Shown one piece after another: positions 10,901 to 16,912 of a stretch of 64,000 nucleotides of DNA (position 1 is the first letter of the stretch; each line of letters begins with the position of its first letter). The DNA comes from Candidatus Magasanikbacteria bacterium CG10_big_fil_rev_8_21_14_0_10_36_32 (lineage in GTDB: Bacteria > Patescibacteriota > Patescibacteriia > Magasanikbacterales > GWA2-37-8). Under the pieces are notes generated by a model. The model was not told the origin of the DNA. It saw only the letters and a program-made list of their open reading frames with translations, and searched no databases. The DNA lies in assembly GCA_002778465.1 (NCBI GenBank), contig PFBV01000005.1, positions 7,534 to 71,533 on the forward strand, written 5' to 3'. The position numbers and the translations under genes are program-made.

Positions 10901-12590
10901 TTATTTAGTTCAGACAGATGAATTGTGTGATCCGACATATGGCAGGAAAATTGGTTCAATTGCACAAACCGGTTGGTGTGTCGGCGGTCAATATTTTACC
11001 GATTTAATTCCTGTAGCGTGTAGCTTAGATAGTCAATGTCCTTACACTGGAAAATGCAATAAAACACCTGATGATAAATATGGATTATTGAAAAATAATT
11101 CGTGTAATTGGGATTGTAAAAGTTATGGACCATATTGTGGGGATGGACAAGTTCAAGAGGAGTGGGGGGAAAATTGTGAAACAAATGAAAGTTGTTCCAC
11201 TGTGGGAGTATCTGGTTCAAAAAAATGTAATACAGGTTGCCGTTATGATAATGCGGGAGTAGAAGGGATAATAAGTTATTGGGGCTTTGATTATTATCGC
11301 GCTTCTGATGGTCTTATACCAGATGATAATTATATGTTTATCGGTACTTGCAAGACGGGAGTGGATTGTCCTTCTCTGACTTCTGGAATTTATAATGTGA
11401 ACAGAGCATTTAAATTCAATGGCGCGCAATATGTTCAAATCAAAAATTATTCTTCTTCGTTGGCAACTAAAACAATATATCCGCAATTTACCGTGGAAGC
11501 ATGGGTAAAACCTGATTCTGATAATACCTATCATGCCAGAGTTTTTGAAGAAGGTGGGCAATATAACAATGGCGGTTATGGTTTGGAATTTAGAACCTAT
11601 GATGATATTAATATTAATAATTTTAGATGTACAACTTGGGATGTTGGAAATATACTTTCTAAAGTTGATTCTAATCCGGTCAATACAAATGAATGGCATC
11701 ATGTTGTTTGTACTTTTAACGGGGCAACATACGGCATAGATAAAATAAAAGGTATTTTATCTATTTATGTTGATGGTGTTTTGCAGGAAGCCACTTCTAC
11801 TGCGGTTATGGCAAAAACCACTTATCCGTTGTGTTTTGGCAGTAAATGTGTCAAAACATCTTTGGGTGGTTATACTCGTTCTGCAATCAATGCATTTAAA
11901 GGTTTAATAGATAATGTGGCTTATTATTCTCGCGCATTACCATTGGAAGAAATTCAGGAACATTATGCCGCAGTAAACGGTTGGTATTGTACAGCCGGTG
12001 GCAAAACACCGGAATATTCAACTTGTGGTAATAAAGTTGTGGAAGAGGAAGAAGTTTGTGATATGGGAGATAAAAATGGTGCCGCATGCATTCCTCAATA
12101 TCCTTATACCAGCTGTACCTATTGTTCAGCTGATTGTAAAAGTGTAATTACGGTTGATACTATGTGTGGTAATGGAGTTTGGGATTATGCTGGAGGAGAA
12201 GAGTGTGATTTTAGTAATATTCTGACTGATTTTGTTAGAAATTATACAACATATCTTTCAGACAGATGTTTTGAGTGTCAATCTAATTGTACTTTTAAAA
12301 CTCCGCCTATTTTAAATACACACAACAGTCCATGTGATTTACACGGGTTAGGTTATTGCGGTGATAATATTAAAAATGGATGGGAATATTGCGATGGTAC
12401 TGATTGGGGTTCTTATTTTGAAACCTCTGCGTGTTATGAAGATGGTTATTGGGGTTATTTGACTTGCAATTCTTGTTTAAGTTTAGATTGTATACATGGA
12501 TATTGTGGTGACGGAATTATACAATCTCCGCCCGAAGAGTGTGATGGTGCATGGAATTGTTCCGTCAATTGCCATTTCTTTTCATTATAA
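1995..12590 (+). CDS. Giant (3531 aa) cell-surface protein. Signal peptide, TrbC/VirB2-like pilin domain, about four IPT/TIG repeats, three LamG (concanavalin A-like) domains and several clusters of CGDG...EECD cysteine-rich repeats.
   Basis: Single uninterrupted ORF. The N-terminal hydrophobic signal is MLSSDKRKFFWSLLLTVICGGLWLGVG. The pilin-like motif YAGFTWMTAGGNEDKIATAKKILFNAAIGLVIILSAF follows. IPT/TIG-like repeats are seen as ITNIDPMAGATGTTYVTISGRYFG, LQPKSGAPYTTNVTLTGINFGG, IFEITPNKGAKGQYITIIGKNFG and ICKIDPVSGP...ELIGEHL. LamG signatures are DDVRIYDKALSAGEVAAVYNN, IDNTIFYNKALNLDEVNNLY and IDNVAYYSRALPLEEIQEHY. The repeated CGNGIVEAGEDCD / CGDGVVSPNEECD / CGDGKIQAVTGEVCDDG / CGDGIIQSPPEECD motifs resemble the Myxococcus-type cysteine-rich repeat. 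Confidence 0.8.
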   Translation: MLSSDKRKFFWSLLLTVICGGLWLGVGFTLAQTTPDLGLAQVGEGIGLPATDIRLIVARIIRAALGLLGIVALGLTLYAGFTWMTAGGNEDKIATAKKILFNAAIGLVIILSAFAIVSFVISNLISATTGLPAHCSNGVIDAGEEGVDCGGECPACGGGTTPYGPSNVFYVKQKPSGFTCIRNYYPLVVFNHPVNLSTLENNLIVRRQDNQEQAVGTWQFASETIQNIVKFVPEGDCGSPPNDCLEASTLYELYFANASAIKSQTNLTLNCSLDATCATSEFTTGESVDRQPPTVIISSPADSSNLEKGTTVPVNVSYWDDNGIQNISLFDNEYYVDSVQVSNCETTGSVTINWPTASAVMTTHTLETIGFDWSAATGTDSVVVYLRPSHCFNNIQDVSLGEIGIDCGGECGLCGGSACSSDGECASGYCEIPPGVCVNKMIITNIDPMAGATGTTYVTISGRYFGENGGHVYFTKIGGGWAEAPIVSCGSGIDNWTQSQLIVSVPNNAADGAIKVETATTPLHDSFVDVTDGSDNWGGIYYFDVNNQQRPGLCNLQPKSGAPYTTNVTLTGINFGGTENRVVFGAGTGAFNALIKNWSNALINAKVPGMAPGTVGVKVIAMQGGGEEVSSNGMAFTVTEDINLDTPIIFEITPNKGAKGQYITIIGKNFGSNKGKVYFKLNGDQSGILGDFNFPDECGSNFWTDTKIIVKFPQAAIEIPGEYSVQVQRSTDNALSPIGAYFQAQTGSPGPGICKIDPVSGPVPFAEGKYMELIGEHLIGAQPYFWRAIASSSTIEGRLPASVETWSENNIFALPPAMALSGPVVVYRASDSKMSNSINFTVFNCLENNNTCTQAENKCCLQGTDAGMCIPKNEMCDGETRSTGYMWRFGTRDLPVVPRVIERCNSDTELALNIPSPSPSTIWNTGGVTDHVNVCRTALVTVVFNTAINPTTVDLNNVQIFKCVSSTINKNICTHDGGSISLNPESYVLHNDTSELSDDFYLTIKPDTVGGAWSDETWYQVILKSDIRAEAVAAGSLMATRPCGSGTSYCFIFKTDSTDCRLKEVVVTPLDYWTGVLERPIQYRKVKDNADDPGVEFWYRGNGLSEQKCVWMNMDSYSWNWGVSSENYASIYFANQNQAQVSALANTVAVGLADDAVRVRATASKGAFTVPPPPSIDISDGLVGWWNFDDDGAKVVDNSGNYHDGTPQSGVTYISPGKIGTALNLNGSAAVILDNPTVGFPSGMDSRTICAWGRPTDTAGGWRWVFAYGDGVEGRAMFIGQNGTSLDGGAYGADYDIIVNNFWQPGVWHHVCLTYDGDAQVANLYTDGAWNTSMTLEWKLKLNRAYIGAQVHVSPNEFWKGAIDDVRIYDKALSAGEVAAVYNNLSAAPTPTVTSPESKTGEGLLHIDLSQPKVLDYWPKCLSACTNAEIGAKFNTIMANYNLSAVKLYKCSDENCLSKEDITSGINPLFKLSDRRYLEMPLISGELEKNTIYQIVLSASGTSTSDGVNQLWSGASTTNDVILSKPYQQEFTWRFRTKQEKCQPSKVNILPPSYVASYIKEKAVYTAEAFTSPDDCNPNGQRLNPWLLNWNWTNSSNAVATIQTFVTKGHNNLCTAKCLKKGSDILFGSSVIEPICGNGIVEAGEDCDVPEKITGVSACGLNCLYLGNTSSTCGNGIIETNLGEECDLAVSQGCSSNCLNMGSNQYTGAEEIGASICGNNQIGFGEDCDIGVKGDRLVVTSSLYCSEKCLHLGTPLSAKWCYDNVATYGGFSLSEFTTACQKAISQCGDGVVSPNEECDAGIYASSTCSTNCLLLSNCTVGMEGCTTEGQLAGSSLMYSVPSVCGDAIQGIGEAIGCEQGFVISHTFNNPWVLATGVGDGPTIGLPPTQQTTITGQATAFSVSGEGKFIIPCGYHSDSECNAGDASGSLGVAQNTCCYSRPQIIKTYPVMSPLPVNVCPNTYIEIKFNKKIDPSTLYGNLILAQGRTAASCLSGEENVTGNIITTIVSANSDIWYKKVWKQIVWFVKNLFQSNTASAFKTDLNSVSWCAGKESITTEVVYDPSVSSDSNDVTSTVKIILKKALATSTDYAVILRPGIKDSRGVSIGVLSGDINRNWKFITGEQICELTDLSINPATHLFQKAGNSINLEVVSKTGNGQQIQPINGYRWEYVWEPKINDYVTLTVTTSTPNVITSKNRNGEIDVVAESKFTENIFTATSPTLRGSSHITIFLCENPWPSVADLPWHDTAWDFSTYYCRDSGSVGTADDLPNLSASVEDSLTAPYRRRYLMTDKDFTDAIGIMIFPNPEHLTVQDWYKMKNFKGTFTSLNIDGYSAITDGNNYYVDALNLSSSENIYTNIYLFSINSNAEQNMRRVFEQMITNLKFNNDFLNEKYCGSDFVDESVNYSMPCQNDLDCWTQVDLYNQTNPLTPSTDYLCLNQKDKIQRNYQRLKDVRTIIDVLSNYNQNQQIINSSTLGFYPLMKDNTYLSGQALSVWPAAWTGLGSALGASMPSDPINKLAKAGTCFQKNISSQFTACTKDENCAVPVTDGIVSQWLSDQNPTDQKGISDAQLEGDVSYSAGKGHGDAFDIAGDSVSKLIIPHKDNYNTESFTLSTWIYPRKKNTAVLFQKGGLSNGGASLGGWGLEYSDWSYYGDSLSSKVFNNGTVRFAIYPSDSSDYKYVAADSGVPLALNQWHHLAAVYDSTDMTNRKVRLYIDGLPASAIEPDGWIMKAENKAGVISVVNNADLSNNGLNIEVGQNFNGLIDNTIFYNKALNLDEVNNLYRGVCIIHDSLTGWSVEDRRFSFSCNPLSYAYRYIYDTVNRDFDLRLNIEEDGINPANWPIFISEFGIDSGSQVSMDSVCQADDEVASPYSLVCGDGVLGGTEVCDPPGKVNYDTSLCPVSATKKICNSSCQWGLATTITCAAATGAQCGDGKIQAVTGEVCDDGLLNGTNERCNTTCTGIVHNCGDYLVQTDELCDPTYGRKIGSIAQTGWCVGGQYFTDLIPVACSLDSQCPYTGKCNKTPDDKYGLLKNNSCNWDCKSYGPYCGDGQVQEEWGENCETNESCSTVGVSGSKKCNTGCRYDNAGVEGIISYWGFDYYRASDGLIPDDNYMFIGTCKTGVDCPSLTSGIYNVNRAFKFNGAQYVQIKNYSSSLATKTIYPQFTVEAWVKPDSDNTYHARVFEEGGQYNNGGYGLEFRTYDDININNFRCTTWDVGNILSKVDSNPVNTNEWHHVVCTFNGATYGIDKIKGILSIYVDGVLQEATSTAVMAKTTYPLCFGSKCVKTSLGGYTRSAINAFKGLIDNVAYYSRALPLEEIQEHYAAVNGWYCTAGGKTPEYSTCGNKVVEEEEVCDMGDKNGAACIPQYPYTSCTYCSADCKSVITVDTMCGNGVWDYAGGEECDFSNILTDFVRNYTTYLSDRCFECQSNCTFKTPPILNTHNSPCDLHGLGYCGDNIKNGWEYCDGTDWGSYFETSACYEDGYWGYLTCNSCLSLDCIHGYCGDGIIQSPPEECDGAWNCSVNCHFFSL
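2127..2370 (+). other. TrbC/VirB2 pilin-like two-helix domain inside the giant protein. It is paralogous to nt 7-240 of the first ORF.
   Basis: The two segments align directly: GLPATDIRLIVARIIRAALGLLGIVALGLTLYAGFTWMTAGGNEDKIATAKKILFNAAIGLVIILSAFAIVSF versus GLPATDIRLIIARIIRVALSLIGIVVLVIIIYGGYLWMTAGGNEDQIGKAKKVLFNAVIGLVIILSAYAIVSF. Confidence 0.55.
3310..4525 (+). other. Block of about four IPT/TIG-like beta-sandwich repeats within the giant protein.
   Basis: A repeating pattern is visible: I..I.P..G..G..VTI.G.NFG at each repeat start, and KVYF / RVVF strands further on. Confidence 0.5.
5545..6150 (+). other. LamG / concanavalin A-like lectin domain 1.
   Basis: GNYHDGTPQSGVTY...LNLNGSAAV...WHHVCLTYDG...DDVRIYDKALSAGEVAAVYNN is the canonical LamG_3 C-terminal strand motif. 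Confidence 0.6.
6890..7450 (+). repeat. Cluster of tandem cysteine-rich repeats (C-x-x-C-G-[DN]-G-[IV]...EECD). Similar clusters occur at about 10600-11230 and 12140-12585.
   Basis: The cluster contains ICGNGIVEAGEDCD, CGNGIIETNLGEECD, ICGNNQIGFGEDCD and CGDGVVSPNEECD; the later clusters repeat the same theme. Confidence 0.55.
9750..10350 (+). other. LamG / concanavalin A-like lectin domain 2.
   Basis: FDIAGDSVSKLIIPHKDNYNTESFTLSTWIYPRKKNTAVLFQKG...WHHLAAVYDS...IDNTIFYNKALNLDEVNNLY. Confidence 0.6.
11280..11970 (+). other. LamG / concanavalin A-like lectin domain 3.
   Basis: AFKFNGAQYVQIKNYSS...FTVEAWVKPDSD...WHHVVCTFNG...IDNVAYYSRALPLEEIQEHYAAVNG. Confidence 0.6.
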
Positions 12591-12637
12591 AATAATTTTT
12601 TAATTAATTTAAATTTATAATTTAAATAAAATTTAAT

Positions 12638-13420
12638 ATGTTTGATGAACCAAATCAAAATAAAATACCGGAACCGCCAAAAAATTTAGCCGCTGAACCG
12701 GTTGATATGTTTGCTGGTTTAGACGATGATAAAACATCTAAAATTTTGGATATGAATACGGCTTTAAATGCCGGAGTGTTAAAGAAAAAAGAATCCGAAG
12801 TAGATAGTTTGCCAAAAATTAGCGATGAAATGAAGCCTGGGGTCAACGAAGGAGAAATGTATGAAATGAAAAATCCAATTTTAGGCAAAGTAATAATAGT
12901 AATTGGTGTAATGGCTTTAGTAAGCGGAGTTGGTTATGGAGTTTGGAATTTTTATTCAAAAAAAACTGAAGGACAATTACCACAGGCCAACTTACCTTTG
13001 TTAGAACAGTCGCCGGTTACAGAAACGGATACTGATTCGATTAATAATGATTTGCCCACACAAGCCATAGAGTCGGTTGAGCCGGTTACCAACACAGCGG
13101 CGATAGATATGGGAAATGATAGAATTTTATTTGGCGAGGCGGTTGATACAGATAAAGACGGATTGGATGATGTGCGTGAAAGGGAGTTGGGAACTAATAT
13201 AAATAATACCGACACGGACAATGACGAATTAAGTGATTCTGACGAAGTCATTATTTGGAAAACTGATCCTTTAAATCCAGACACTGATGATGATAGTTAT
13301 AAAGATGGAGAGGAAGTTAGAAACGGGTATAATCCGTTAGGTCCGGGCAAATTATTTGCTAGTCAAATGATTAATACGACGGTGGCTACCACAGCTACCG
13401 GCACTGTGCTTGAGAATTAA
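12638..13420 (+). CDS. Membrane-anchored protein with thrombospondin type 3-like Asp-rich (calcium-binding) repeats.
   Basis: The central transmembrane segment is ILGKVIIVIGVMALVSGVGYGVW. The C-terminal stretch DTDKDGLDDVRERELGTNINNTDTDNDELSDSDEVIIWKTDPLNPDTDDDSYKDGEEVRNGYNPLG matches the bacterial TSP3 repeat pattern DxDxDGLxDxxE...GTDPxNxDTDxDG. Confidence 0.5.
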   Translation: MFDEPNQNKIPEPPKNLAAEPVDMFAGLDDDKTSKILDMNTALNAGVLKKKESEVDSLPKISDEMKPGVNEGEMYEMKNPILGKVIIVIGVMALVSGVGYGVWNFYSKKTEGQLPQANLPLLEQSPVTETDTDSINNDLPTQAIESVEPVTNTAAIDMGNDRILFGEAVDTDKDGLDDVRERELGTNINNTDTDNDELSDSDEVIIWKTDPLNPDTDDDSYKDGEEVRNGYNPLGPGKLFASQMINTTVATTATGTVLEN

Positions 13421-14636
13421 TTTTATGTTTGGAAAAAAGGAACAAATCGCCAAAAGCGTTTCACCATCACTGACTATTCCGGTAAATACGATACCTGATG
13501 ATTTTTATGCTGGCGCGAATCCGGTAGTTCAGTTTAAAGAAGTTGCCAAAACGGTTGAGTTGAATAAAAATAATAGGAGTATTTTGTCGGCTGAAGAAAA
13601 AAAAGCTTATGATAAAACCACTACTGCCGGATCGGCACAAAAATTTCATCCGGCGAATTTATTATCCAGTCGTAAGTTTTTAATTATTGGCGGTGTAATT
13701 TTATTTGTGGTTATGATTGTGGGGACAGGTTTGTATTATTGGTGGCAAGCCAAAACAATAGCTCCACAATCGCAAGAAATTATAATTGTTCCAACCCAAA
13801 CACAAACATCTGAAATTTCTGTTCCCACCATACCGACTGAATCCGCAGTCACTACTCCAATTGAAGAAGTTATTCCGGAAGAAACACCAATAATGCCGGT
13901 GGCGGCGATGGATTTTCCATCTGTATTATTGGGAGAAAGCTCCGATATGGATCATGATAATGTTAGTGATGTAGCCGAAGAATTATTTGGTATTGATCCG
14001 TTTAATTCTGATAGTGATAATGATAAATATCCGGATGGACATGAACTTTATTACTTATATAATCCAGCTGGTTTTGAACCGAAAAAAATAGTTGATTCCG
14101 GTTTTGTTAAAGAATTTCGTAATCCGACCTATGGTTTTAAGTTATATTATCCGACTAATTGGGTAGTGGGAAATGTTGATCCGATTTATCAACAAACGTT
14201 ATTCAGTACTTTAACCGGTGAAAATATTGAGGCACATGTTTTTAATTTGGAATCCGGTCAAACTTTGGCAGATTGGTTGTCTGTATCCGCGCCACAAGAA
14301 AAATTGTCAGATTTGTCTGATTTTGCCGGTTATTTTGATACTGTTGGAAAAAGACGTAACGATGGATTGGTTTATTATTTTCAAAATGGGCAGAGACTTT
14401 ATGTTTTGGCCTACCATACGACTAATTCATCAGTTGTGAATTATAAAATTGTGTTGGAAATAATGGCAAGAAGTTTTCAATTTGGAGAAGTGAATCAGTC
14501 TGCATCAGAAGTTGTTAATTCACCCATGTCGCAAATGCCGGAGGTAATGTCAGGGATACTAGAAAACGAATCAGCAGATTTAATGGAATTAGGCGATGAA
14601 ATGATGAATGAAAATGAAAGTCCTGTTAGTTTATGA
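13410..14636 (+). CDS. Second membrane protein with a TSP3-like Asp-rich repeat and an acidic C-terminus. It is paralogous in organisation to the preceding gene.
   Basis: The transmembrane segment is FLIIGGVILFVVMIVGTGLYYWW. The repeat DMDHDNVSDVAEELFGIDPFNSDSDNDKYPDGHELYYLYNP is present. Translation may start at the internal MFGKK (nt 13425), because the tool ORF overlaps the upstream gene. Confidence 0.5.
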   Translation: MRINFMFGKKEQIAKSVSPSLTIPVNTIPDDFYAGANPVVQFKEVAKTVELNKNNRSILSAEEKKAYDKTTTAGSAQKFHPANLLSSRKFLIIGGVILFVVMIVGTGLYYWWQAKTIAPQSQEIIIVPTQTQTSEISVPTIPTESAVTTPIEEVIPEETPIMPVAAMDFPSVLLGESSDMDHDNVSDVAEELFGIDPFNSDSDNDKYPDGHELYYLYNPAGFEPKKIVDSGFVKEFRNPTYGFKLYYPTNWVVGNVDPIYQQTLFSTLTGENIEAHVFNLESGQTLADWLSVSAPQEKLSDLSDFAGYFDTVGKRRNDGLVYYFQNGQRLYVLAYHTTNSSVVNYKIVLEIMARSFQFGEVNQSASEVVNSPMSQMPEVMSGILENESADLMELGDEMMNENESPVSL

Positions 14637-15067
14637 TAAAAATAGAGATAAATAACAGTAAAAAATACTCGGTTAATAATCAATTAATTTTAAATACTGT
14701 AAAATTTGCAGAAAAATTAGAAAAAACAATAAATGGAATAGTTGAAATTAATTTAGTGAATAATCAGGAAATTAAACAAATTAATAAATTGTGGCGACAA
14801 AAAAATTCAATCACTGATGTTTTGTCGTTTGCTTGGCGGGAAGAAAAAAAATTAAAAAGTGATTATTTGGGACAAATTTTTATTTCTTATCCGCGCATTA
14901 TTAAACAAGCTAAAGAGTATAAAGTAAATTCAGAGGAGGAATTTGTCAGAATGTTAGCGCATGGTTTGTTGCATTTGGTTGGTTATGACCACAAAACAAC
15001 AAAGGACGCAAAAAAAATGTTTTTCGTGCAGGAAAAAATATTATCAAAACAGTTTAAAAAAAAATAA
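14633..15067 (+). CDS. ybeY: Endoribonuclease YbeY (rRNA maturation factor).
   Basis: H-x3-H-x5-H zinc motif HGLLHLVGYDH. About 144 aa. The classic position directly upstream of dgkA. Confidence 0.85.
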   Translation: MIKIEINNSKKYSVNNQLILNTVKFAEKLEKTINGIVEINLVNNQEIKQINKLWRQKNSITDVLSFAWREEKKLKSDYLGQIFISYPRIIKQAKEYKVNSEEEFVRMLAHGLLHLVGYDHKTTKDAKKMFFVQEKILSKQFKKK

Positions 15068-15071
15068 TTTT

Positions 15072-15437
15072 ATGATATTTGGACGTTTAAAACAAAGTTT
15101 TTCCGATGCCTTTAATGGTTTAAAATATGCATTTCAAAATGAACAAAATTTTCGCGTTCAAACTGTGGTGGCGACGATAGTCTTGATATTAATGGTTGTT
15201 TTCCCTTTAAAACAATGGGAAACCATTTTAATTGTAATGATGATTCTGGTGGTATTGGTGACGGAATTGTTAAATACCGCTTTGGAAAGATTTACTGATT
15301 TATTGAAACCAAGATTACATCATTATGTTAAAGTGGTAAAGGATGTAATGGCAGGGGCTGTATTGTTGACTTCTTTGGGAGCGGTCATAATAGGGGTGTT
15401 TGTTTTTCTGCCGTACTTTATAGAAATATTTAAATAG
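15072..15437 (+). CDS. dgkA: Diacylglycerol kinase / undecaprenol kinase family membrane protein.
   Basis: Begins MIFGRLKQSFSDAFNGLKYAF. Has a TELLNTALE motif and three transmembrane helices. The start was taken at the internal ATG; the longer tool ORF (14961) overlaps ybeY in another frame. Confidence 0.8.
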   Translation: MIFGRLKQSFSDAFNGLKYAFQNEQNFRVQTVVATIVLILMVVFPLKQWETILIVMMILVVLVTELLNTALERFTDLLKPRLHHYVKVVKDVMAGAVLLTSLGAVIIGVFVFLPYFIEIFK

Positions 15438-15469
15438 TGTATAATATCAGATAGATTGATTATTTTTTT

Positions 15470-16735
15470 ATGCCAAGAGAAGAAAACAATTTAATTGCCG
15501 GTTTGGACATTGGTTCGTCGTTTGTGCGAATTGTCGTTGGCAATATGGTGGAAAGAGGTTCGGAACCTTCTGTTTTGCAAATTCTCGGCGCGGCCGAAGT
15601 TCAATCAGACGGGGTTAATAAAGGGGTGATAACCAATATTGAAAACGTTGTGTCGTCCATATCGGCTTGTTTAGAACAGGCGGAAAGAATGGTGGGGGTA
15701 CCAATAGAGAGTGTTTGGACCGGTTTATCCAGCGCTCAAGTACTAACACAAAATAGTCATGGTTATATTGTTGTTTCAAAAGCTGATAATGAAATTACTG
15801 AGCAAGATGTAGAAAGAGTTTTGGAATCATCAAAATCAATTTCTACCCCATTAAATTACGAAATACTTCATGTCTCACCTCGCAGTTTTAGTGTTGATGG
15901 GCAGATCGGCATCAAAGCTCCTGTTGGAATGACTGGAGTTAGATTAGAAGTTGATACTAAAATTATTTTAGGACAATCATCACAAATTAAAAATTTAACT
16001 AAAGCAATTTGGCGAGCTGGTGTGGAAATTGATGACTTGGTTTTATCTATAATTGCTGATGCTAACTTATTGTTAACCAGTCGGCAAAAAGATTTGGGTG
16101 TGGTATTGGTTAATTTAGGAGGTCACACCACCAGTATGGCTGTTTATGAAGAAGGTGATTTGTTGTCTGTTAATTTTTTACCTGTCGGTTCGGCTCATAT
16201 TACTAATGATTTAGCAGTTGGTTTACGTAGCCCTGTTGATATTGTGGAAAAATTAAAAATTCAATATGGTGATTGTTCGGCTGAAGCACAGACACGGAGA
16301 GGCAATGTTGATTTGAGTGAGTTTGGTGGAGAGTCACGTGAGATTTTTAAATTGAGTGATATTAATTCTATAATCCATGCCAGAGTTGAAGAGGTGATGT
16401 ATTTAATTGATAAAGAATTAAAGAAAATTCAACGCAGTGGCTTGTTGCCGGCTGGAGTTATTTTTACGGGCGCTGGCGCAAAACTGCCAGGCTTAGTTGA
16501 TGCGGCTAAAAGAAATTTACGTTTGCCGGCTGCCATTGGTTATCCTTCAGGTTTGATTAGTGCGACTGACAAAATAAATGATCCGGGATTTTCTACAGCC
16601 ATTGGTTTAGTAAAATGGGGGAGTGATATGATGGGATATGATCGGCGTATGAAAAATGGCGCTTGGACTGGGTTTAAAAATATTTTTGGATTTAAACGTA
16701 AATTACAAAAAACCATCAATTCGCTTATTCCGTAA
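15470..16735 (+). CDS. ftsA: Cell division protein FtsA (actin-like ATPase).
   Basis: GLDIGSSFVRIVVG phosphate-1 motif and IVNLGGHTTSMAVY. Immediately upstream of ftsZ. Confidence 0.85.
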   Translation: MPREENNLIAGLDIGSSFVRIVVGNMVERGSEPSVLQILGAAEVQSDGVNKGVITNIENVVSSISACLEQAERMVGVPIESVWTGLSSAQVLTQNSHGYIVVSKADNEITEQDVERVLESSKSISTPLNYEILHVSPRSFSVDGQIGIKAPVGMTGVRLEVDTKIILGQSSQIKNLTKAIWRAGVEIDDLVLSIIADANLLLTSRQKDLGVVLVNLGGHTTSMAVYEEGDLLSVNFLPVGSAHITNDLAVGLRSPVDIVEKLKIQYGDCSAEAQTRRGNVDLSEFGGESREIFKLSDINSIIHARVEEVMYLIDKELKKIQRSGLLPAGVIFTGAGAKLPGLVDAAKRNLRLPAAIGYPSGLISATDKINDPGFSTAIGLVKWGSDMMGYDRRMKNGAWTGFKNIFGFKRKLQKTINSLIP

Positions 16736-16766
16736 TTGACAAGCGTATCAAAAAATTTGTTTTTCT

Positions 16767-16801
16767 TGACATATCGTCAGCGGCATTATAAAATATGTAA
16801 G
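16767..16801 (+). promoter_or_regulatory. Candidate sigma70-type promoter (TTGACA-N17-TATAAA) in the ftsA-ftsZ spacer.
   Basis: cTTGACAtatcgtcagcggcattaTAAAAT read directly from the sequence. Confidence 0.35.
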
Positions 16802-16912
16802 CGAAAATGGTTTTTATTATTTATAAATATTTTATTGTTTAGTTGAACACAAAAAGTGTTCATTAATATTTAAAAAAATCACCGCTGAAAAGCGGCACTC
16901 TGCTTTTGGGCA

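Noticed and set aside
3635-12087. Numerous antisense or alternative-frame ORFs of 60-160 aa inside the giant adhesin gene (for example 3635-4012, 6686-7024, 11217-11702).
   Set aside because: They are embedded in a long uninterrupted ORF with recognisable domains in the sense frame, and they have low-complexity or oddly composed translations.
14961-15071. N-terminal extension of the dgkA ORF (MVCCIWLVMTTKQQ...).
   Set aside because: The extension overlaps the ybeY 3' end in another frame. The conserved DgkA sequence begins at the internal MIFGRLKQ, which is preceded by the ybeY stop.
16840-16912. Short hairpins in the ftsA-ftsZ spacer (ccgctgaaaagcgg; ctgcttttgggcag).
   Set aside because: The stems are only 4 bp with no T-run. 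They are not convincing as terminators or attenuators.
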